Assembly: GCA_963843575.1 (NCBI GenBank)
Contig: CAWJKZ010000018.1
Location: forward strand, 32,001-96,000
Length of the DNA stretch: 64,000 nucleotides
Reading direction: 5' to 3'
Origin: an uncultured Acidobacteriota bacterium
GTDB lineage: Bacteria > Acidobacteriota > UBA6911
Every line of letters begins with the position of its first letter. Positions within the stretch are counted from its first letter, which is position 1. The notes beneath the pieces were generated by a model. It was given only the letters and a program-made list of their open reading frames with translations, did no database searches and was not told where the DNA came from. Made by a program: the position numbers and the translations under genes. This document shows positions 1-9,434 of the stretch, piece after piece.

Positions 1-1
1 A

Positions 2-856
2 GGCGAAGTTTTCGCCTTGCTGGGCCCGAACGGCGCCGGCAAGACCACTACTGTCGAGATAATCGAAACTATCCGCACGCCCACATCGGGGAAAGTGAGC
101 CTTCTGGGGATGGACGTCACGAAGAAGAAGCACGACATCGTCCCCCGCATCGGCGTCCTCCCGCAGGGTTTCAGCTCGTTCGACAGGATAACGGTCAGGG
201 AGACCATTCAGTACTACTCGCGGCTTTTCTGCTGCAAAGGCACCGATGTTGACAGGCTGATAGAGCTCGTCAACCTCAAGGACAAGACCAAAGAGCAATA
301 CAAGAACCTCTCTGGGGGCTTGAAGCAGCGCCTCGGAATCGCGATTGCGCTCGTCAACGACCCCGAGGTCCTGTTCCTCGACGAGCCGTCGACAGGGCTC
401 GACCCCCGCGCACGGCGCGAGGTGTGGGAAGTCCTGCTGGGCCTGAGACAGAAGGGGACGACGGTTTTTCTCACCACGCACTACATGGAAGAAGCGGAGC
501 TTATTGCAGACACTGTCGCAATAATCTCGACGGGGAAGATCATTGCGATGGGCACTCCCGGGGAGCTCACCGTAAGCAACGCGAATTACCTGGTCCTCAC
601 GCTACAGTCCGTCGATGAAAAAGTCTTTGAAATCGTCAAGAAAATGGGCTTCGAGCCCGTCCATGACGACCACAAAGACATCAAGGTCAGGGTGGAGTAC
701 ACGGACGACATCCAGAAGATACTGAACGCCATCAAGGACGCCGGGGCGTTGTTCCTCAGCTTGGACGTTCGCAAGCCCAACCTCGAAGAGGTCTTCCTCA
801 AGCTTACTGGCGACGCGCTCTGCGAGGGTCCTGCCGGGGGAAGGGGGGCGGAATGA
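2..856 (+). CDS. ABC transporter ATP-binding protein (ABC-2/DrrA-like exporter), 5'-truncated by the window edge
   Basis: Walker A GPNGAGKTT, signature LSGGLKQR, Walker B VLFLDEP, H-loop TTHYM. The frame is open from position 2 (GEVFALLGPNG). Confidence 0.95.
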   Translation, partial: GEVFALLGPNGAGKTTTVEIIETIRTPTSGKVSLLGMDVTKKKHDIVPRIGVLPQGFSSFDRITVRETIQYYSRLFCCKGTDVDRLIELVNLKDKTKEQYKNLSGGLKQRLGIAIALVNDPEVLFLDEPSTGLDPRARREVWEVLLGLRQKGTTVFLTTHYMEEAELIADTVAIISTGKIIAMGTPGELTVSNANYLVLTLQSVDEKVFEIVKKMGFEPVHDDHKDIKVRVEYTDDIQKILNAIKDAGALFLSLDVRKPNLEEVFLKLTGDALCEGPAGGRGAE

Positions 857-1968
857 ACATGCGCGTCGTCGGTGCAAATCTCGTCGTGAGCGTCAAGAGT
901 TTCTACCGCGAGAAGACCGCAATGTTCTTCACGATTGCGTTCCCGATACTCCTGATACTCGTGTTCGGCACCATTTTCATGGACCAGGAGAACGTGAGCT
1001 TCGACCTTCACGTGCAGGACCTCGATCACACCGAATTCTCGGCGCGGCTCATCGAGACCTTAAAGCTCAACGGGAAGTTCAAGATAATCAGAGTCGAACC
1101 CGCCATCAACGCCACGCAGTACGCCAAGGACAACAAGCTGAACCTTGTCCTCATTATTCCCGAAGGCTATGAAAGGTCCTTTGATCAGCGTATCGAAACC
1201 GACGACCCCAACACAACCGTTACCATAACGTACATATACGACCCCAGCTCTAGTTCGGTGCCCGCAAAGATGCAAATCCTGAACTCGGTCTTCGCCCGGT
1301 TAGACCAGCAGGTGTTCGGGAAGCCTCCGTTCATCAGGACGGTCGAGATATCGATACTCAACAAGAAGTACCGGTTCATCGAGTTCTTCATCCCCGGCGT
1401 CATCGCGATGGCGGTGATGACAGCGAGCCTGTTCGGTACGGTGAACTTGAACACGGAGCTGCGGCAGAAGGGCATCATCAGGAAGCTATCCACCACGCCC
1501 ATCACCCGCACCGAGTGGATACTGTCGAACATCCTGTACCAGTTCATACTCGCGGTCGTATCCACGATTGCGATGCTGCTGGCGGGCTATGCGGTGTTTA
1601 ACGTTAGCTTACAAATTAACGCCTGGCTCCCTTTATTCATTGTGCTTGATGTCATCGCGTTCGTCGGAATCGGGATGATACTCACCCGCTTCGTGAAGGA
1701 GGCACAGAGCGCTGCCGCCGCGGCAAACGCCATCATGTTCCCGATGATGTTCCTCTCGGGGAGCTTCTTTCCCATCGAGATGATGCCGGGCTTCCTGCAG
1801 ACGCTTGCCAGGATACTGCCTCTGTACTACGTGAACGAGGGGCTCCGGGCATCCATGGTATTTGTCGACAACATGACCGCGCTGCGATACTCCGCGATAA
1901 TAGGGATTTTTGCGGCCGTGGTCTTCATCCTGGGCATAATGGCCACCAAATGGGAAGAGGGCAAGTGA
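853..1968 (+). CDS. ABC-2 type transporter permease
   Basis: N-terminal TM helix, large extracytoplasmic loop, C-terminal TM bundle with FLSGSFFP. ATGA overlap with the ATPase stop. Confidence 0.93.
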   Translation: MNMRVVGANLVVSVKSFYREKTAMFFTIAFPILLILVFGTIFMDQENVSFDLHVQDLDHTEFSARLIETLKLNGKFKIIRVEPAINATQYAKDNKLNLVLIIPEGYERSFDQRIETDDPNTTVTITYIYDPSSSSVPAKMQILNSVFARLDQQVFGKPPFIRTVEISILNKKYRFIEFFIPGVIAMAVMTASLFGTVNLNTELRQKGIIRKLSTTPITRTEWILSNILYQFILAVVSTIAMLLAGYAVFNVSLQINAWLPLFIVLDVIAFVGIGMILTRFVKEAQSAAAAANAIMFPMMFLSGSFFPIEMMPGFLQTLARILPLYYVNEGLRASMVFVDNMTALRYSAIIGIFAAVVFILGIMATKWEEGK

Positions 1969-2007
1969 TAGCAAAATGAGGAGATTCATGACCCCGAACC
2001 GGAGCAC

Positions 2008-3231
2008 TCAAGAAGCGCCCTGGCTTGGCCAGCTTGGCCCAAGGTTGAAGGCCCGTGCTCCGCGAAAACTCGATTGACGCATGGCAAGCACCCGGCCTCT
2101 GCGCCCCACCCGGTAAGTGATTCCCCGCCACTGGATCTCGCGGCGAAGACCGGCCGCCCCAAGAGCTACACTGAAAACCAGCAAAAACACAGCCCCGGCG
2201 GCCAGCCACCGGACCGGCGGGCACGGCAACGGGTGCAAGAGCCGGATCTGTAGGAAGACCACCATCAGCACCGCAAGATAGAGAGCCGACACGATTGCGG
2301 ACAGTGCTGACGTCAGGCTCATCATAATTGCCACTACCAGCAATGCCGCGGAACAAAGAGCGAGGATCTGCAGGAGAAGACTCCACACGCCTAGCACAGC
2401 CCACATCCCCGGAAAAATAAAACGGACATATTGAAGCTGACGCACCAGCCACTCATACAAGTCGCGCAGATCCAATCCTGTCACCAAAGTCTCGCGGCAC
2501 ACCTGGGGCACCGTGCGCACCCTCACGCCATGCGCCCTGAGGACTCTCGCCAGCGATAAGTCGTCCACCACTGAGGTGCGCCACGTGTCTGCTACCTTCA
2601 GTCGCTCAAATGCCTCTCGCGAGATCGCCATGGCCCCCCCCCACGGCAGGCCGAGACCCGGCACGTTCTGGAAGACATACATAATTTCTACGCAGACAGC
2701 GTAGATCCAGCTCACGAATCCGCCATTTGCAGGCCTGGCAGCATGATAGCCGCTCGTCACCTCCGCTTCGCCGCGGGCAATCGGTGCAACCAAGCGCTCC
2801 AACCATCCGGCAGGAAATCCGTGGCCCGCGTCGGCAAAAACGAGTACAGCGTCACGACCTGAAACTGCAGCGATCCCGGCCAGCAGATTGTGGTTTTTCT
2901 GCCCGCACGCAGTCGCTGGACCTGCACAGACACACCTCGCCGATACTTTCCCCTGGATTGCCGCCTGGACCGTCTCGCTCGCCGGATCTTCGAGGTCCCG
3001 CAGCACAAAGACTGCCTCGAAGGAAGGATAGGTCTGGTTCAGTAGCGAGTGGATCGAGGCTTCAATCGGTCTGTTCACACCGGCGACCGGCATGATCACC
3101 GCCACGCGGCAGCTGGGAGCATCCGTGGACGGCACCGGAATGCCCGTGATGGCGTGTCTGGACATCCATATCAGGCCTGCCATTGATACGGCCCACGCCA
3201 GCATCAATCCGCACATGATCCACTCGATCAT
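2008..3231 (-). CDS. Glycosyltransferase, GT2/GT21 (ceramide glucosyltransferase / HpnI-like)
   Basis: N-terminal TM, GQKNHNL, VFADA (degenerate DxD), WGGAMA, VDDLSL, RQLQYVR (QxxRW-like), C-terminal TMs and IQWRGITY. Confidence 0.85.
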   Translation of the reverse strand: MIEWIMCGLMLAWAVSMAGLIWMSRHAITGIPVPSTDAPSCRVAVIMPVAGVNRPIEASIHSLLNQTYPSFEAVFVLRDLEDPASETVQAAIQGKVSARCVCAGPATACGQKNHNLLAGIAAVSGRDAVLVFADAGHGFPAGWLERLVAPIARGEAEVTSGYHAARPANGGFVSWIYAVCVEIMYVFQNVPGLGLPWGGAMAISREAFERLKVADTWRTSVVDDLSLARVLRAHGVRVRTVPQVCRETLVTGLDLRDLYEWLVRQLQYVRFIFPGMWAVLGVWSLLLQILALCSAALLVVAIMMSLTSALSAIVSALYLAVLMVVFLQIRLLHPLPCPPVRWLAAGAVFLLVFSVALGAAGLRREIQWRGITYRVGRRGRVLAMRQSSFRGARAFNLGPSWPSQGAS

Positions 3232-3244
3232 CCCAGCCCCCGGC

Positions 3245-4456
3245 TCAATATCCCATCAGCCCACAACAGCGGGAACAGACCGGCATCAGTCCTTCCGTCG
3301 CGAGACTGCGTCGGAAGGCAACGCAGCGTTCGGAGTTCCACAGTTCCGACAGCGTGGCGGTCTTGACGTTGCCAACAACATAGTCGTGGTAGTCGCGGCA
3401 GGGTGATACATCGCCGTTGCTGTTGATCTCGACAACCTGGAAAATGGAAACACACTGGTCATATCCGAACCGCTCCCGATGGTTGGTGTAGTACGCCGTC
3501 AGTGCCCGCTCCCCGCGCAGGAACGGGATGAAGGTGACCGGAACAGCGCCCGGCTGGCGCGATCTCGCCAGCAAGGCCTCGATCTGGCTGGCGAGGGCGG
3601 CATGATTGTCGGCTTTCCACTGCCCAATCCAGCCGCGGTGGAGTGAGGGCGTGAACCCAAACCGCCGTGAGAAATCCTGATCATGGGCTGCCGCATCCGC
3701 CTCGTCGATCCACCAGGAAAGGTAGAAGACGAAAATATCCACGCGATCCCGAAATCCGTCGTAGATGTCGACGAGATGGGCGCAGTTCTCACGCGAGATC
3801 GTCGTCAGCGAAGCAATCAGCGGCAGGCCGGTTCGGCGCGCCCTCACCCTGTGCACTGCTGCCAGACCTGATTCGATCGCCCGGAAGTTGTCTCCCCGAC
3901 CGGCGGAAGGACGAAGGCGGTTGTGCAGATCGCCGGTGTGCCCATCAATGGAGATTTGCAGAAGGAACAGCGGGGCACGGACCAACAGTTCCGCAGCCGC
4001 CTCGATGCCTGTGCCGTTGGTGGCGATGGCCACCGGGAGATGCAGGCGCGACCCAGCTTCCACGAGGTCCAGGATCCCGCGGTAGAGCATCGGCTCGCCG
4101 CCCCAAAAGTACAGAATCGGCCGATGCCCGTGCTCTACCAGATTCTCAAATAGCTGTTGGTACCGCTCAGGAGACACCTCATCCTGTTTCAAAGCCTTGG
4201 GATCGCACTGGTGAAGGAACCCGCGCTCGCCCCACTGACCGCAGGTGCGGCACCGCAGGTTGCAGAGATCGGTAATGCGGATGCCCACCTGCCGGATGCG
4301 CCTGGCATGGCCCCTTGCGGAGCAGGGATACAGGGTGTCGAAAAACCACTTCTCTCCCTGCAAGACCGACATCTTGGCTAAAATCCGCGGATGTGCGGCC
4401 ACTCGCAGGAGGTTGGCCGTCAATACTCGTGAGCTAATCGCACTGCGCTGCACCAA
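3245..4456 (-). CDS. Radical SAM protein with SPASM/Twitch domain
   Basis: CNLRCRTC (CX3CX2C), WGGEP, ATNG, ISIDG, and C-terminal C..GDVSPC..VVGNV..ELWNS..CSRCC. Confidence 0.93.
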   Translation of the reverse strand: MVQRSAISSRVLTANLLRVAAHPRILAKMSVLQGEKWFFDTLYPCSARGHARRIRQVGIRITDLCNLRCRTCGQWGERGFLHQCDPKALKQDEVSPERYQQLFENLVEHGHRPILYFWGGEPMLYRGILDLVEAGSRLHLPVAIATNGTGIEAAAELLVRAPLFLLQISIDGHTGDLHNRLRPSAGRGDNFRAIESGLAAVHRVRARRTGLPLIASLTTISRENCAHLVDIYDGFRDRVDIFVFYLSWWIDEADAAAHDQDFSRRFGFTPSLHRGWIGQWKADNHAALASQIEALLARSRQPGAVPVTFIPFLRGERALTAYYTNHRERFGYDQCVSIFQVVEINSNGDVSPCRDYHDYVVGNVKTATLSELWNSERCVAFRRSLATEGLMPVCSRCCGLMGY

Positions 4457-4605
4457 CCCACCTCCGCAGGAATCTGTTCCGTGGCCTACGCTATCCGACC
4501 GAATCAGCCCGATTTTGTGTCCCCCCTCCCCATCTATGCTGCAAAAACCAGCCTATTCCGTACAAGCGACTTCATAACCGATTGCGACTGCGATGCCGAT
4601 TCCGA

Positions 4606-5877
4606 CTACGGCTTCCCCGAAGTCGCAGGCGGATGCTCTTCGGGTTTTGAGGCGTTTGCATCTCCGTTTTTAGGAACGGCCCGCACCCAATCGCCGAAGT
4701 TTATCAGCTCTTCCATCCGGCATGACCAGACGAGTCTGTCCTCCCACACGGTGATGTCCGGGCACCCGTCACACATGCTGAGAGCGCCGCTCTCGGTGAA
4801 GTCCGCCGGTTGGATGATCATGATCGATTGCATGTGGAGTTTCCTGAACAGCAATGCCGGTGAACGGGCGGCATCGTGCAGATAGGCAAGAGCGGTGCGG
4901 CTCAAGCCTTTGTCGAACGGGGCAAGCAACAGCATCGCCTTGCCCCTGCCGTGCACCTTCGGCTTCGTGTAGGCCAGATATGACCCGTTCAGCAGGTGAT
5001 GAAGCGTTTGGGAAAGCTCCATGAATTTCGGGCCCGTGTAGCCGAAGATCTTGTCCTTCGTCCCGATGCGCATGGTCAGCAGCCACTTGAAATGGTCCGG
5101 ACGCTCCGTGCCGTTGAGATACGCCGAAGGCTGGAAGTCCGGATAGCGCGAACGTATGGCCTCGACGACGTCCGTCGACATGGCGTAGATCTGCCGCTCT
5201 TCGTCGACGACGTAGGCGATTGGCGCCATGTCGATTGTTTTGCTTCCGACAAGGTAATCATAGCCTTTGCGCATGGAACCCGAGCGGTAAGCAATAAACA
5301 CGAGGACTTGGACGATATCGATGTGGTTCTGCCCCCAGGCCACGATCTCAGGGACATCCTTGAGTGTGTCCTCGTAGACGGTGGCATTGAAAGCACAGGA
5401 TATGTCGCCAACCTCGGCCAGCATGAGAGCATATTGCAGCCGCAGTTCATTTAACTCGATTTCGGTCTTCCCCTTCATGTGGGGGCGCTGCTGTTTGCTG
5501 TCGATGTGGAATGTAAATCCTGCAACGCCAGCCTTCTTAAGAGCGACGAGTTTCTCTTTTGACAGCCAAAGGCCGTTGGTGTTGATGATCGGTTTTTGGC
5601 CGTCGGCGGCGATCATCTCCACGATCTTCTCGATCTGAGGGTGCATCAGCGGGTCTCCCCCGGCAATAGAGACGCTATCCGCGTTGCGCAGGCGATTGAA
5701 TATGTCGAGTTCTTTCCGAACCTGTTCGAGCGACTTGTGCGCGTCCGGGTTGTTCTTGCGATAGCACCCCTGGCAGTAAAGGTTGCAGGCACTGGTCGGC
5801 TCTAACCAGCTGATGGCATTGTCAGGGAGGTTCCAGGGTAGGCGGTAGAGCCTGCGATGGTTCAATGGCGCTGGCAT
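4606..5877 (-). CDS. Radical SAM protein with C-terminal Cys cluster (MCDGCPD...WSC)
   Basis: CNLYCQGC, AGGDP, INTNG, FHIDS, plus a possible auxiliary-cluster motif CxxC-x13-C. Confidence 0.92.
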   Translation of the reverse strand: MPAPLNHRRLYRLPWNLPDNAISWLEPTSACNLYCQGCYRKNNPDAHKSLEQVRKELDIFNRLRNADSVSIAGGDPLMHPQIEKIVEMIAADGQKPIINTNGLWLSKEKLVALKKAGVAGFTFHIDSKQQRPHMKGKTEIELNELRLQYALMLAEVGDISCAFNATVYEDTLKDVPEIVAWGQNHIDIVQVLVFIAYRSGSMRKGYDYLVGSKTIDMAPIAYVVDEERQIYAMSTDVVEAIRSRYPDFQPSAYLNGTERPDHFKWLLTMRIGTKDKIFGYTGPKFMELSQTLHHLLNGSYLAYTKPKVHGRGKAMLLLAPFDKGLSRTALAYLHDAARSPALLFRKLHMQSIMIIQPADFTESGALSMCDGCPDITVWEDRLVWSCRMEELINFGDWVRAVPKNGDANASKPEEHPPATSGKP

Positions 5878-6375
5878 GAGATCATCCTTTCCGATCGTAC
5901 GAGCCCCAAAACCGGAAAACTTGCCGACGATAATACAACATCACGGACGGACTTCTTGAGTGCTATTGGCTCTTTCACAGAATGGCCGAGTGAAGTCGTT
6001 TTTGCGCTCAGGCCTGCTTCCTCGCAGGACGAGACGCCGCACATAACAGCTACTGCGATTGTGCGACTGGATCTTTGCGCAGGCGGCGGCGTAACAAGGC
6101 TGCAACCTGGGCTGGCGTTGACGCCGGAAAATCGGCCCGTCGGGCTCAACCGGGTTCTTCTCATTTCGCAGCAAGTGCGGGGGCGTGGGTCCGGATATCC
6201 GGGAGCGGCAGGCGGCGGGGGACGGGGTTATCCGGCAGGAAGGAGGGACAAGCATTCACGGCCCGGTTGAATCCGCCATTCCGGCGAAGCCGATCAACAA
6301 CCGCCAGGCCCGAGGGGGGGGCAGGGGACTTCCGGGTTTAAGGGCACCCTGCGCCATCGCATTGTCGCAAAGCCC

Positions 6376-6540
6376 GATCAGCCGGCACACCAGGTGCTGT
6401 CCGATAAAGCCGATGGCCTGGATGACCAGCACGGATTCTGCATCTCTGGTTTTCATCGCTTAGATTGGGATTGCAGTCTCACGCGAACAAGCGATAATCA
6501 AGGATAGTTCCTCCGCCATCATCGTGAGATGAAAGCCGTG
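6376..6540 (-). pseudogene. Degenerate copy of the 5' end and upstream region of the SDR gene that starts at 11795
   Basis: 6376-6457 aligns with 11715-11796 (MKTRDAESVLVIQAIGFIGQHLVCRLI vs MKTREAESVLVTGASGFIGQHLVRRLI). 6448-6535 aligns with 11943-12030. Confidence 0.85.
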
Positions 6541-6766
6541 GCGCGAGCGAGAGACTCGCTTTGCCTGCTCAGAACAGAGCGACTGCCCGTGCGACCGGTC
6601 GGACGATGGCGAACGCGGGCCTTCGTCTTTGGGCCCAGGACGCGAGATGCTTTTATGCCCGGACTAAGGGCTCGCGCAAGAATAGTTTGGCATTTTGCTC
6701 CGGCTCCCATGCCCGAATGTAGCACTATCAGAAAACTGCAATTGTCCGCTGGGCCTGGGAGCCATC

Positions 6767-6875
6767 GCCCTGCGGGGCGCGGCGGCGGGCGGGCATCTGC
6801 GGCCTTGCCGCTCCTCGACGATGTCCCCACACCGCCTGCGTCGCGGCGCCTTGCACCTGCCCGCCCGGCGCTCGC
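6767..6875 (+). repeat. Intergenic GC-rich dispersed repeat, family B (second copy 58975-59038)
   Basis: GCCCT.CGGGGCGCGGCGGC.G.CGGGCATCTGCGGC.TTGCCGCTCCTCGACGATGTC.CCAC is shared between the two sites. Confidence 0.75.
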
Positions 6876-6945
6876 GCCAAAATGCCAACCTATTCCTGCG
6901 CGAACCCTAAGGGTTTCCGCCGGGCCGGAGCCCGGGACAAGGGGC

Positions 6946-7950
6946 ATGCCGCAACCGATCGCAGGGCGTTACCGGGCCGTGTTCATTTCCCCGCATCTCG
7001 ACGATGCGATCTTCTCCTGCGGCGGAACCATCGCGCGGCTGATCAAGGACGGGCCGGTGCTGGTCGTGAATGTCTTCTCTCGATGTACGGAAGACGCCAG
7101 AAGGTACGCATTGGTTCTTGGCGAGGAGCGGCGCCGCGAGGAGAAGGCTGCGGCAAGCTTCCTGGGCTACGACGCAATCTGCCTGGAGGAAACCGACGCC
7201 TTCCTGCGCCAGGGCTCGAATCGCTCGATCGGTAGACTGTTCAGCTCCCCGACTGCGGCAGACCTCGCGGACCTGCCCCGGATCACCGGGAGGTTGGCGG
7301 AGTGCTTGGCGGCCGTTGACAGCGACAACCTGTATATCCCCCTTGGCGTGGGTTGGCACGTGGATCACGTCCTCTGCCACCAGGCGGCGCTGAACCTGGC
7401 ATCCGGGTTCAGCGGCCGGGTCTTCTACTACGAAGATTCGCCGTATTGCTTCATTCCCAACGCGGTGCGTTGTCGGCTCGACGAGATCGGCCATTGGGCG
7501 GAGGCGCCCCTCAGGGGGTCGCTAACCCGCGAGTGGTGGAAGTCCTGCAGCCACTACCTCCGGAGCGCAGTCATGCGCCACGTCCAGCCTCGGCCTGTTC
7601 GCTGGGCGGCCAGCGTGGTCGTAGCCGCCTATCTGCTGGGCCTAATGCGGCGGCATCGTGCGGCTGGAGATGCCCGGAGCCCGGCAAGGTGTCCGCGTCT
7701 TAGCCCGCAATTGGAGGACATCTCCGCGCAGGAAGAGCTTAAGCTCGACGCCATGATGTGTTATGAGTCGCAGTTCCGAGCCCTGTTTCATGGGCGGCCC
7801 GATTGCGAGGAACTCCACAGGAACTATTCGCGAACGATGAACGATCGCGACGCCGTCTTCGAGAGATTCTGGACCTTGAGCTGGGAGCCGGCATCGCCGT
7901 GCAGGCAGCGCGGTCCGAGCAGGCATCAAGGGGTGGAGGCCGTGGTATGA
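6946..7950 (+). CDS. PIG-L/LmbE family N-acetylhexosaminyl deacetylase
   Basis: ISPHLDDAIFSCGG, RRREE, GWHVDH, YYEDSPY, YESQ. Start taken at ATG 6946; the longer ORF extension runs through repeat DNA. Confidence 0.9.
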   Translation: MPQPIAGRYRAVFISPHLDDAIFSCGGTIARLIKDGPVLVVNVFSRCTEDARRYALVLGEERRREEKAAASFLGYDAICLEETDAFLRQGSNRSIGRLFSSPTAADLADLPRITGRLAECLAAVDSDNLYIPLGVGWHVDHVLCHQAALNLASGFSGRVFYYEDSPYCFIPNAVRCRLDEIGHWAEAPLRGSLTREWWKSCSHYLRSAVMRHVQPRPVRWAASVVVAAYLLGLMRRHRAAGDARSPARCPRLSPQLEDISAQEELKLDAMMCYESQFRALFHGRPDCEELHRNYSRTMNDRDAVFERFWTLSWEPASPCRQRGPSRHQGVEAVV

Positions 7951-9191
7951 GTGGTAATCCGGAGTTGCCGGGCCGCGGCAACGGGACGGCCACGAGGATA
8001 GCGGAACTGGCCCCTCTGCCCGTTCGCAATGGGAGCTTGTCGGAAGACCGCAATCGGGAAACTCCGCAGCGCTGCCTGAACATCTGCATGGTATCGGACG
8101 ATTTCCTGCCGGCCGCGACGGGCTGTGGCGTGGTGGTCCAGTGGGCAGCCAGGGAACTGGTCAAGAGGGGCCACAGCGTCAGCGTGGTCACCAGCCGCCG
8201 AAGGGGCCAACCCGGTCTGGAAACGTGGCACGGGATCCGCGTCCACCGGACCTTCTCGATCAGGTTGTACGGCTACTACCAGGCCCTGCCCAGCCAGTCC
8301 GCCCTCCGGCGGATCCTGAACGAGAACGACTTTGACATCATCCATTACCACTATCTCTTCGTCCTGCTGATGCGCATGCGCGCCGCCGCCGCCTCGATGC
8401 GGGCCAGGCATGTCTACACCTACCACATGACCGTAGATCTGTTGACGCAGCCGTGGCTGATGAAGCCCTTCCGTCGGGTCATCTTCAGGCGGCACGTGGA
8501 ATACTGCAACCGGTTCGATTTGATCCTGGCGCCGTCTGCACACCTGGTGGAACAGATACGGGAGTACGGGATCACGGCCCGGACCGAGTACCTCAGCAAT
8601 CCCATCGTGTTCGACAGCCGGGCGGAACAGCAGCGGTCGCCCGAGGATGGTCCCTTCGTGGTGCTCTTCGTCGGACGTCTTTCGCCGGAGAAGAACCTGC
8701 CTTATCTCATCAGGGCTTTCGCGGGGTTGGTGCGGCAACAGCCTTGCTCGGAGCTGAGGATCGTCGGCGAGGGTAGAGAGAAGCCCAGGCTTATGAGGTT
8801 GGCCTCCAAGCTTGGCCTGGAGAGGCAGGTGAAGTTCCTGGGTTTTGTCGAGAACTCCTTGCTGGTGCCGCACTACGCTGCCGCAGACGCTTTTGTCCTG
8901 CCATCGCTTTCGGAGACGCAGGGTCTGGTTGCGCTGGAAGCCATGTGGTTCGCGAAGCCGGTGATCGTCACCAATCGCATCGTGGCTGCCCGCGAGCTGG
9001 TGGAGGATGGGCGGAACGGGTTCATAGTTGACTCGGACTCCGTGGAGGACCTCACCGGGAAGCTGGCCCTGCTCAGCCGCAATCCCGGACTCGCCCGAGA
9101 GCTGGGTCAGGGGGGCCAGAGGCTTGCGGGGCGCTATTCACCGGAACAGATAATCAGCCGGCTGGAGCGGCACTACCTGGATCTGATGTGA
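7947..9191 (+). CDS. Glycosyltransferase family 4
   Basis: SDDFLP..TG, YTYH, FVGRLSPEKN, ETQGLVALEAM (EX7E). ATGA coupling to the deacetylase stop. Confidence 0.93.
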   Translation: MSGNPELPGRGNGTATRIAELAPLPVRNGSLSEDRNRETPQRCLNICMVSDDFLPAATGCGVVVQWAARELVKRGHSVSVVTSRRRGQPGLETWHGIRVHRTFSIRLYGYYQALPSQSALRRILNENDFDIIHYHYLFVLLMRMRAAAASMRARHVYTYHMTVDLLTQPWLMKPFRRVIFRRHVEYCNRFDLILAPSAHLVEQIREYGITARTEYLSNPIVFDSRAEQQRSPEDGPFVVLFVGRLSPEKNLPYLIRAFAGLVRQQPCSELRIVGEGREKPRLMRLASKLGLERQVKFLGFVENSLLVPHYAAADAFVLPSLSETQGLVALEAMWFAKPVIVTNRIVAARELVEDGRNGFIVDSDSVEDLTGKLALLSRNPGLARELGQGGQRLAGRYSPEQIISRLERHYLDLM

Positions 9192-9434
9192 GATGGGAGT
9201 CTACGCGAAAAACTCCATATCCTTTTAGATCCAGGGAATTAGCAAGGTTGTGAAGCTGGCCCTCTGCCTGTTATCTTTGAGCATGAAAACGATCCGGATT
9301 CTCAGCCTACAACTCCTCGAGTTTCTCCAATTCAGACGCTAGAGGTCATTCATTTACTCTGATCTTGCTCTCGGCGTTCTTCCGCAACCGCAGAACATTC
9401 TGCAGCTCATTCGGACTATCCGCCGAGTTTCACG

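Noticed and set aside
4578-4608. CGATTG/CGACTG hexamer run at the end of the radical SAM gene
   Set aside because: Short degenerate low-complexity tract; no function can be supported.
6529-6945. 139-aa N-terminal extension of the PIG-L ORF
   Set aside because: Runs through promoter and repeat-B DNA, is Arg/Pro-rich, and the family domain starts after ATG 6946.
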